Notes under the pieces: model-generated
The model's input: only the letters and a program-made list of their open reading frames with translations
What the model was told of the DNA's origin: nothing
Database searches by the model: none
Program-made: the position numbers and the translations under genes
Assembly (NCBI GenBank): GCA_963771595.1
Contig: CAVYUC010000017.1
Span: 43,445 to 107,444 of the forward strand
Source: an uncultured Prolixibacteraceae bacterium
GTDB taxonomy: Bacteria; Bacteroidota; Bacteroidia; Bacteroidales; Prolixibacteraceae
Direction: 5' to 3'
Length of the DNA: 64,000 bases
Part shown: in pieces, positions 56,981-64,000 of the stretch
Layout of the letters: each line of letters starts with the position of its first letter
Numbering within the stretch: the stretch's first letter is position 1

Positions 56981-57592
56981 CTATCTTTTATTTCGTTCCA
57001 TCCGGGTACGGTGCAGCTCCATATTCAGCGAGGTGTACCGTTCAAGGGCATTCTTTTTATGCACTTCAAACTCTTCCTTCAGTTCGTTATAATCTTTTTT
57101 AGTCCTTATTGTTACTGCATTACTTCTTCTGTAAAGCAGGAAAATAATTCCCAGAAGTATTAAAAGCGAAAGAATAAACAGGGACATGAAAATGGTATAG
57201 ACACTTTTCTCAATATTCATCCCAAAAACTTCAATAGCATTTTGATTTTTGATGCTGGTTTCCAGCTCAGCTTTTGTATCTTCCAACTGTTTACCTACTG
57301 CATTCAAGTCATTTTGAAGGGCATTAATTTTTGTTGCCTTATTCTTCGTTTCATTTTCGAGAGCGGAAACCGAATCGTTAAAAGCCCCGTAAAATTCGTC
57401 CATCTGCTTTCCTGTAATAATATATTTGCCACTCCAGTAATCAAGATTCTTCTTAAATACCTCGTACTGTTGTTCAAGGTTCTTTTCGTTTTTCCATGCC
57501 TCAATATCCTTTTGGGCAAATAATGCGGGGGACATCAAAAATAAAATTCCGACAACTAATACTAATCTCTTCATCCTTTTCATTTCTGCCAT
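56981..57592 (-). CDS. Secreted/anchored coiled-coil protein, unknown function
   Basis: It has a signal peptide (LFLMSPALFAQ), a long heptad-like region, a single C-terminal TM helix and a basic tail. Confidence 0.55.
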   Translation of the reverse strand: MAEMKRMKRLVLVVGILFLMSPALFAQKDIEAWKNEKNLEQQYEVFKKNLDYWSGKYIITGKQMDEFYGAFNDSVSALENETKNKATKINALQNDLNAVGKQLEDTKAELETSIKNQNAIEVFGMNIEKSVYTIFMSLFILSLLILLGIIFLLYRRSNAVTIRTKKDYNELKEEFEVHKKNALERYTSLNMELHRTRMERNKR

Positions 57593-57881
57593 TTAACAAT
57601 TTATTATACACCCTCAGGAGTATTTTATGCTCCCGGGCTTCATCAATCAAAACCTGTAAACGTGTAAATGCTCATTCTGTTGTATCAGAAAATAACAACT
57701 TTCGCCTCAGGATAATTCCTGCTTTTTTATGACAATTGATCATTTTACCGGAAATGACTGACAACCAAAAACTTTGTTCTGCCTTTCATTCAAAAAAATA
57801 AAACCAGAAATGGTTAAAATACATTGGAACCTGATTCCGGATTCTCTAAATTTACCGCCAAATTAAAATGGTCGGTTTTTT

Positions 57882-58745
57882 ATGAAAGCAATTGCCGAAA
57901 AATGGTGGTCGAAGGAGTTTCCCCGTAATTTCATTATAAAGTACCCGCTTTACGGCAGCCTTCTGATTGCGTTTTTCACCATCATTTTTGCACTCCTGTA
58001 CAATCCATTGGGAGCACATCCCGGACGTTTCTTAGGATACACAGCAACTATGGTCGCCTATGCCCTTATTTCGGGAGTATCGCTTTTTGCTGGCATCAGT
58101 ATTTTATTGCGAACTAATTTTTTTTCAAAAAAAGCCGCATGGACAAGTGGAAAAGAATTGCTGGCTGTTTTTATCCTGCTGCTTGGAATGGGCATTGCAA
58201 TTTACTTTGCGGCATTTATCATTGAAGAACCCGCCAACCGCTGGAACATTCCTACGCTTTTAGACTCGCTGAAAAATGCCTTCCTCATCGGAATTATTCC
58301 TTTTCTTTTTTTTACACTGACCAATTTGCGGTACCTGAAAATTCCTGCCGGCTTGCCGGCGAACTTCAAACCAACATCGGCCGAAGTAAAGGAAGAACCA
58401 CTGCAAATAAATTCGCAGCTGAAAAAAGAATCGTTAAGTTTTTACCCGGGCCAGCTCATTTACGCCGTTTCCGACAGCAACTACATTCATTTCTACCTGC
58501 AAGCCGATGATAAAATCCGGAAAAAAGTGATTCGGAATACCATGAACAACATTGAAAGCCAGCTTCAACAATTTCCATACTTCATCCGCACACACCGTGC
58601 ATTTATGGTGAATCTGAAAAAAGTGACCGCGGTAAAAGGAAACAGTTTGGGCTACCATTTAAAACTGCAGGGCATTGACCAGGAAATTCCGGTTTCGCGC
58701 GCCAACACCAAAAATTTCAGCCAGCGGTGCATAGAATTTTGCTGA
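57882..58745 (+). CDS. Membrane-anchored LytTR-domain transcriptional regulator (no receiver domain)
   Basis: It has ~4 N-terminal TM helices and then a LytTR domain (IYAVSDSNYIHFYL...FIRTHRAFMVNLKKV). Confidence 0.75.
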   Translation: MKAIAEKWWSKEFPRNFIIKYPLYGSLLIAFFTIIFALLYNPLGAHPGRFLGYTATMVAYALISGVSLFAGISILLRTNFFSKKAAWTSGKELLAVFILLLGMGIAIYFAAFIIEEPANRWNIPTLLDSLKNAFLIGIIPFLFFTLTNLRYLKIPAGLPANFKPTSAEVKEEPLQINSQLKKESLSFYPGQLIYAVSDSNYIHFYLQADDKIRKKVIRNTMNNIESQLQQFPYFIRTHRAFMVNLKKVTAVKGNSLGYHLKLQGIDQEIPVSRANTKNFSQRCIEFC

Positions 58746-58747
58746 TC

Positions 58748-58804
58748 CACCCGTCACAGATCTTTACCACCTGTAACAACTTTTTCACCTGAACTTTACA
58801 CCTG
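58748..58804 (+). promoter_or_regulatory. Four direct CACCYG repeats in the LytTR-OMP intergenic spacer
   Basis: CACCCGTCAC (58748), CACCTGTAAC (58768), CACCTGAACT (58786) and CACCTGCAAC (58799) are spaced 20, 18 and 13 nt apart. Confidence 0.4.
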
Positions 58805-58889
58805 CAACAAATAGTTGCTGAGTATCCCCGAAATTTGTGCAAGCCGTTCCTGTTCCGTCAATTTGTAATGGAATTAAAAACCATTTACA

Positions 58890-61241
58890 ATGAAAACGAA
58901 CATGAACATTTTGAAACAGCTAGCCCAAACAACGATTTTAATACTTATGTGGATGTGCATTTTTGTCTTTCCGGTACATGCCCAGAAAGGTAATTCAATT
59001 ACCGGTGAAATTCTGAACCAAACGGACAGCGAAGCGGTTGCCTTTGCCAATGTTGCGCTTTTCGATTCAACAGGGAATCTTTTACTGAATGGTACAGCGG
59101 CCAGCGAGAGCGGAATATTCCTGATCGAAAATGTAACTCCCGGAAGTTACCGCATTCAGTTTAGTGCGATTGGGTTTGAAACCTCGACAAAAAATCTGGA
59201 GGTGGAAAACGAAAAAATTGGTCTGGGAACGATATTCCTTCCTGAAAAAACCCTTGATTTAAAAGATGTCGATGTGGTAGCCAATCGCATCAGGGCAAAA
59301 ACGGCCACAGTCAACTCCACCTTTTTTATAAGCCAAAAAATGCACGATTCATCCAACACCGGCGCCGACATTCTGAAACTGATACCCGGCGTGCAGGTGG
59401 ATTTACAACAAAATGTTTCGCTGCAGGGAAGCCGGAACATCATTATTTTGGTAGATGGAAAAGAACGCGATGCCGGTTACCTGCGCCAGCTTTCGGCTGA
59501 AAAAATAGATAAAGTGGAAATTATGGGTACGCCGCCGGCAAAATATGATGCCAGTGTTTCCGGAGTCATTAATATTAAACTTGTACATGAGAAAAGTTCA
59601 GGTACCGACGGACATATTTACCTCGAAGTTCCTTCATCGGAACATGAAATTTTTCTGCAGCCTGCCTATGGTTTCAACTACGGATTTGGGAAAATCAACC
59701 TGTTTACCTCGTACAACGGCGATATTCGTCATTTCAGCATTACAGAAACTTACAGCAGGAAAATTTTCAATAATCCGGATTGGAATGAAATCAACTCAAA
59801 ACAAATGCTGCGGCAGAAAACCTGGTCGCACCGGTTTCATTACGGGTTCGACTGGTTTGTGAATGCACAAAACCAAATCAACTTCTATGCATTTTACAAC
59901 CCTTACTCCCAGGAACTCGATGGAACAATGAACCTTCAGACCACCGGTTTTGAAACAAAAAGTGAAACAGCGGAAAAACAGGATGAAGACATCAACCGCA
60001 GTCAGTTTTACTCCCTCTGGTACAAACATATTTTCAACGAAACAACAGGCCATGAACTGACCCTGGATATGAGCGGTCAAAAACTCGATGCTGAAAATAT
60101 TACAACACTAACCTCTGCCGAATCGGGCAACTCCATTGAAAATACAACGAAGCCGCTAACGCATTCCCTGTATATCAAACTGGATTATGTTTTACCTGCC
60201 GGTGAAAAAATAAAACTGAATTCCGGCATGCAAATACGGTCGACTGATATGAAAGACCGGAATACGGAAGGTTTCAGCTACCATGAAAAAACCGTTGCAG
60301 CATTTGCAGCAGTTAATTTTACCCTTCCGCAGTTCGAATCGAATACAGGTTTCAGAGCGGAGTACTGGAAAAATGGCGCTGAAAAAACAGCATTATTCTT
60401 TCTGCCCTATCTTGCAATGAAATACAACCTGACAAATTCGCAGAACCTGAAACTGATTTACCGGCAGTCAGTTTCATACCCAGGATTCTACCAGTTGAAC
60501 CCTTATGTTTCCTATACCGATCTTTTTACGGTGAATATGGGAAATCCGTCACTCGAACCTGAAATTCATCACCAGTTGAGCTTTGAATATTCCCGCACTT
60601 TCAAAAACAATTTCCTTTCGGTACAACTGTTCCGGCAACAAACAGCACAGGTTATCCGCAGTTTGACGACTGTAAATGACCCGCCGGTATTTGAATCTCA
60701 AAAAATGAATATGGGAATGCTGCAACAAACAGGAATTCTGTTGAGCGGTTCGCTGGGATTTGGAAATTTTGGCATCAATCCCTATTTGAAAATTGCCAAT
60801 GTTACTTCAATTCCTGTTCCGGCAATCAAAAACTGCGACATACACCGGCAAAACATGCTGTCTGTTGAAACAAGTTTATCGGCATTTGCAACTTTTAAAA
60901 AAGGCTTTGCAGCATCAGCGAATTTCCAGTATAACAGCCCTCGGAACGAAATACAGGGAACTTCATTTAGCGGCGCCCTTTATTTCCTGTCACTTGAAAA
61001 ATCATTTGCCAATGGGTTTAAAATAGGACTGACCACCGGTGCTCCTTTTGTTAAAAATTTTGTTTACCAGGGTTCCGGTTTTTCATCTGCCAACTTCAGC
61101 TATCATTCAAAAGGTGTGGTTAATTTATCGGCTGTCCCTTTATGGTTTAAACTGAGTTACCGCTTTTCTTCGGGGAAAAAACGCGAAAAAATTGCGCCTG
61201 TGCGAAATGAACCTCAACATGAGTTAAAAAAGGGATTTTAA
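58890..61241 (+). CDS. TonB-dependent-receptor-like outer membrane beta-barrel protein (CarboxypepD_reg + plug-like + barrel)
   Basis: It has a signal peptide, GEILNQTDSEAVAFANVALF (CarboxypepD_reg), a plug-like segment (NIIILVDGKE) and a ~550-aa barrel. Confidence 0.75.
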   Translation: MKTNMNILKQLAQTTILILMWMCIFVFPVHAQKGNSITGEILNQTDSEAVAFANVALFDSTGNLLLNGTAASESGIFLIENVTPGSYRIQFSAIGFETSTKNLEVENEKIGLGTIFLPEKTLDLKDVDVVANRIRAKTATVNSTFFISQKMHDSSNTGADILKLIPGVQVDLQQNVSLQGSRNIIILVDGKERDAGYLRQLSAEKIDKVEIMGTPPAKYDASVSGVINIKLVHEKSSGTDGHIYLEVPSSEHEIFLQPAYGFNYGFGKINLFTSYNGDIRHFSITETYSRKIFNNPDWNEINSKQMLRQKTWSHRFHYGFDWFVNAQNQINFYAFYNPYSQELDGTMNLQTTGFETKSETAEKQDEDINRSQFYSLWYKHIFNETTGHELTLDMSGQKLDAENITTLTSAESGNSIENTTKPLTHSLYIKLDYVLPAGEKIKLNSGMQIRSTDMKDRNTEGFSYHEKTVAAFAAVNFTLPQFESNTGFRAEYWKNGAEKTALFFLPYLAMKYNLTNSQNLKLIYRQSVSYPGFYQLNPYVSYTDLFTVNMGNPSLEPEIHHQLSFEYSRTFKNNFLSVQLFRQQTAQVIRSLTTVNDPPVFESQKMNMGMLQQTGILLSGSLGFGNFGINPYLKIANVTSIPVPAIKNCDIHRQNMLSVETSLSAFATFKKGFAASANFQYNSPRNEIQGTSFSGALYFLSLEKSFANGFKIGLTTGAPFVKNFVYQGSGFSSANFSYHSKGVVNLSAVPLWFKLSYRFSSGKKREKIAPVRNEPQHELKKGF

Positions 61242-61490
61242 TTTTTTGTTGTTCTGGTTCTCTGCAATCTTTTGAACCCTAACATCCTAACCTGCTAAAG
61301 CCGTTTTCCCCTCCCGGAGAGGAGTGGAAATTTTTGTGACTACTGAATTTCCGGTCCAAAAAATTATGTTTCACAAACACTCCGGGTTTAGGAATCACGT
61401 CAAAAAATCCTGTAAATCAAATCTTCCGGGCATTATTTTTAATCCACTGATTATTAATTAACTTTGAACAACTTAATAACATCGAAGAAT

Positions 61491-61748
61491 ATGGATCAGG
61501 AAAAAAATAAAGAACCGCAAAAACCGAAGGAAAAGGAAAATTTTCAGGAAAAAACAGATAAGTGGATCGATAAAGCAGAAGAATATATCGACGATAAGGC
61601 AGAAAAAATACACGACAGCAAAACGTACAAAAAAGCCGATAAATCGATGGAAAAAGCTACAAAAAATATTTTCCGCAAAGCCGGGCGGTTGTGGGGAAAA
61701 TCGGAGCGGTATTTTAAATCCGGAAACAAAAAAAACAAACCGGAATAA
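61491..61748 (+). CDS. Small lysine/glutamate-rich hypothetical protein
   Basis: It is 85 aa from the ATG at 61491, highly charged (KEKE-like), with no TM segment. Coding status is uncertain. Confidence 0.4.
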   Translation: MDQEKNKEPQKPKEKENFQEKTDKWIDKAEEYIDDKAEKIHDSKTYKKADKSMEKATKNIFRKAGRLWGKSERYFKSGNKKNKPE

Positions 61749-61784
61749 TATTTTCAGTCGGGCAAACTTTCAACTACCACCACC

Positions 61785-61824
61785 CTCCGCCAAACAGGCG
61801 GAGTACCCCTCCTCAAAGGAGGGG
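61785..61824. repeat. GC-rich double-hairpin element A (hairpin-GGAGTACCC-hairpin)
   Basis: CTCCGCC-aaaca-GGCGGAG is followed by TA and then CCCCTCC-tcaaa-GGAGGGG. Confidence 0.7.
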
Positions 61825-61925
61825 AAACATTCTTAGTCCATACAAAATGTATTATTCCAATGTTTTCTCCTGCTCCTTATTCCAAAAATTTTCCGTGCAC
61901 CAAACAATATATGTAGTATAAATTT

Positions 61926-61966
61926 CTCCTCCTAGGAGGAGTACCCGAGGTACTAGGGGGAGGTGG
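61926..61966. repeat. GC-rich double-hairpin element B (same orientation, shares GGAGTACCC core)
   Basis: The CTCCTCCTAGGAGGAG palindrome overlaps GTACC-cga-GGTAC and is followed by TAGGGGGAGGTGG. Confidence 0.7.
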
Positions 61967-62048
61967 CTCTTAAACCCTGTTTCAAAATATTGATACAAAC
62001 AAACAACCGACTGAACCTGTTTAATTTTAAAGCATTAACACCACATAT

Positions 62049-62582
62049 ATGGACAAATTATTTTTTCAATCGTGGGAAAGCCTTGGCCGGATAACTGTTA
62101 TCACCATACTGGCTTATATCTCACTGATAATTATTTTAAGGATTACCGGTAAACGCACGCTGTCAAAAATGAATGCCTTCGATTTTATAATTACAATCGC
62201 ATTGGGTTCTTCTTTTGCCACGGTAGCCTTAAATAAAAGCATACCGCTTGTTGATGGAGTGTGGTTGTTATTTCTTTTAGTTATTCTCCAGTTTATTATC
62301 ACGTGGCTGTCGGTTCGGATTAGCAGATTTAAAAAGTTGATAACGAGTCAGCCTAGTTTATTGGTTTATAAAGGAAACATTTTGCACGGTGAACTGAAAA
62401 AACACCGGGTGACTATTGAAGAGCTCTATGTGGCAGCCCGAAAAAAAGGTATCCCTGACATTTCAGGAATCGATGCCGTTATTCTTGAAACCACCGGCGA
62501 TCTCACCATAATTGAAACATTGGATTCAAAAGATGTTCAAACACTCAGCGATGTGGAGAAAACTCCTGTTAATAAGGAGTAG
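62049..62582 (+). CDS. DUF421 (YetF-like) membrane protein
   Basis: It has N-terminal TM helices with LRITGKRTLSKMNAFDFIITIALGS, and a C-terminal soluble domain. Confidence 0.7.
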   Translation: MDKLFFQSWESLGRITVITILAYISLIIILRITGKRTLSKMNAFDFIITIALGSSFATVALNKSIPLVDGVWLLFLLVILQFIITWLSVRISRFKKLITSQPSLLVYKGNILHGELKKHRVTIEELYVAARKKGIPDISGIDAVILETTGDLTIIETLDSKDVQTLSDVEKTPVNKE

Positions 62583-62649
62583 AAATAAAGATAACGGGCA
62601 ACATGGAAACAGCAAAAAAGGATGGCATTTCGACCTTTTTTTGAGAATA

Positions 62650-62859
62650 GTTCCTCCAATCCGTCAGCGGATTGAACAATAATAGCCGTAGGTGCAATCT
62701 ACGGGTTTAACACGTGGTGTTGGCAATCCGTTAATGGATTGAACAGGTGAATAAAATAAACATCTGCAGTTAATTTGCCCTTTCAGGGCGCTGCCCGTGG
62801 TCTGTTTCCCATTCCCGGGGCGGTGCCGCCGGGCTGAATTAATATGTCCTTTCAGGACG
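62650..62859 (+). repeat. Palindrome-dense 210-bp repeat unit, copy 1
   Basis: It contains CAATCCG-tcag-CGGATTG (62657-62674), CCGTAG-gtgcaat-CTACGG (62686-62704), AACAC-gtg-GTGTT (62709-62721), CAATCC-gttaat-GGATTG (62724-62741), GCCCT-ttc-AGGGC (62777-62789), a GC-rich GGCGGTGCCGCC segment, and GTCCT-ttc-AGGAC (62846-62858). Confidence 0.85.
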
Positions 62860-62981
62860 AGGAGGCTGTAGCTATTCAACAAGCCATAAGCATGTGGCAA
62901 AATCGTAATAGAAAAAATATTATTCAGAAACAAAGGAGCAGAGCACCGAAATATAAAATGAATATTGCGATCCGGTAAATG

Positions 62982-63190
62982 GTTCCTCCAATCCGTAAGC
63001 GGATTGAACAATAATAGCCGTAGGTGCAACCTACGGGTTTAACACGTGGTGTTGGCAATCCGCTAATGGATTGAACAGGTGAATAAAATAAACATCTGCA
63101 GTTAATTTGCCCTTTCAGGGCGCTGCCCGTGGTCGTTTCCAATTCCCGTGGCGGTGCCGCCGGGCTGAATTAATATGTCCTTTCAGGACG
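62982..63190 (+). repeat. Palindrome-dense repeat unit, copy 2 (~97% identical to copy 1)
   Basis: It has the same order of palindromes, offset by 332 bp. Apart from two changes in a segment for which I propose no pairing (see the finding), differences fall in loops or convert G.T to G-C. Confidence 0.85.
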
Positions 63191-63561
63191 GAAAACAACA
63201 ATAATTATTTGCAAATAACCCTGAACTGCGGGCAGTCAGAAAAAAAACATTCTTATGTTGAACAAAAAACAACTGTTTTATTCTGTTTTTATTTGGAATA
63301 TTATAGCATTTTTCTAATTTAGATGGCTTAAATATTTGAACGTCACCAACCTGACAAAACATCATTTTAAACTAAAGATTAAACAAAAAACCTGACGCAT
63401 GGAACACCAAAACCAGAACCACACCGGCAAATACGGGCCGGATTCCTTCTGTTAAATAAACAAAAACGAAAATAAAAAAAGCCAACTGCACAGTTAAAAG
63501 CTTACAGGTGGTCCGCAGGCAAATAATATTTATTTTTTATAAACCAATAAAATCATCTACT

Positions 63562-63885
63562 ATGGGATCTTTGAATGATAATGAAAAAAGAGCTTTTATA
63601 GCTGAAACTGTTACGATTACTTCTCAGAAAACATCAACGTTAACTGCTGCCGGGTACGACCCGCTAAACCGGTTAACACAGTTACAAACCAAAGTAGCCA
63701 CTGCCGACGAAGCTGAGGCTGCACAGCAAATTGCGGCGGTGGCAGCAAAAGAAGCTACGCTGGCTGCACAGAATGCACTTACGGAGGCATATAAAGATGC
63801 GTCTGCAATGATTGACCTTTTTGAAGGGCTGCTGGGTAAAGACAACTCTCTTGTTTTTCAACTCAGGCAACTGAGAAAAAAATAA
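63562..63885 (+). CDS. Small alanine-rich helical hypothetical protein
   Basis: It is 107 aa from the ATG at 63562 (MGSLNDNEKRAF...). It looks predominantly helical by eye (ATADEAEAAQQIAAVAAKEATLAAQNAL) and I recognise no family. Confidence 0.45.
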   Translation: MGSLNDNEKRAFIAETVTITSQKTSTLTAAGYDPLNRLTQLQTKVATADEAEAAQQIAAVAAKEATLAAQNALTEAYKDASAMIDLFEGLLGKDNSLVFQLRQLRKK

Positions 63886-64000
63886 CAAGTTCACAGGTCC
63901 TGTTTTTTTTGCCCGCGGCAGGGCCTGTACTTAAAATCCCCCGACACTCCTAAATCTTTTCATTTCCATTTTTACATCTTGCTTGAGTCTGAAGATTCCT

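Noticed and set aside
62650-62745. CRISPR-like reading: two 28-nt units (GTTCCTCCAATCCGTCAGCGGATTGAAC and GTGTTGGCAATCCGTTAATGGATTGAAC) separated by ~39 nt.
   Set aside because: There are only two repeats per unit, and they match at only about 60% of positions. The supposed spacer is duplicated almost identically in the second 210-bp copy. There is no leader and there are no cas genes in the window.
62650-63190. MITE or integron attC interpretation of the 210-bp units.
   Set aside because: The unit ends are not inverted repeats (GTTCCTCC... versus ...TTTCAGGACG). The unit is not one long imperfect palindrome, it has no R''/R' (RYYYAAC/GTTRRRY) pair, and there is no intI or transposase nearby.
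62664-63322. ORFs 62664-63029(-), 62924-63142(-) and 63107-63322(+) from the six-frame track.
   Set aside because: They read through the tandem repeats and therefore share repeated peptide segments. They are Cys/Arg/Gly/Pro-rich and lack any start context, so they are artefacts of GC-rich palindromes.
1-64000. tRNA, rRNA, tmRNA, SRP or RNase P genes in the intergenic regions.
   Set aside because: I scanned the spacers for GGTTCGAATCC-type T-loops and other conserved cores. The only GTTCGAATC-like string (about 60333) lies inside the OMP coding region, and no cloverleaf candidates were found.

Overview
This 64-kb window reads as chromosomal Bacteroidota DNA, an inference from a T9SS C-terminal sorting domain, an alternative complex III operon, TAnnTTTG-type -7 boxes, TonB/CarboxypepD_reg outer-membrane proteins and little Shine-Dalgarno signal. 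It is mostly housekeeping and respiratory genes. These include ribD (5'-truncated), cls, lpxK, a porin plus opuA glycine-betaine ABC operon, sppA, folK, serS, rplU-rpmA, and serC-serA-DUF1015. They also include gcvT, a complete actABCDEF operon, natAB-like ABC genes, cysK, a secreted GH30 enzyme and two TonB-dependent-type barrels. I found no rRNA, tRNA, CRISPR array, transposase or recognisable defence system.

The observations most worth a second look are:
- Two tandem ~210-bp repeat units densely packed with palindromes, inside a 979-bp gene-free tract (62583-63561).
- Ribosomal protein L27 carrying a ~100-aa C-terminal extension that ends in a helix-hairpin-helix-like module.
- A pair of LytTR regulators divergent from the ACIII operon, one canonical and one with every phospho-acceptor residue replaced.
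- Two diverged tandem lipoprotein paralogues of unknown family next to the GH30 gene.
- A ParE/RelE-type toxin-antitoxin pair whose toxin stop overlaps the start codon of the next gene in a cytoplasmic GH88-like sugar cluster. The intergenic spacers of that cluster are filled with REP-like hairpins.
- Single-base frameshifts splitting gcvT and a sodium:solute symporter, which could be real pseudogenes or assembly indels.

All family names come from motif recognition by eye. No database search was run.
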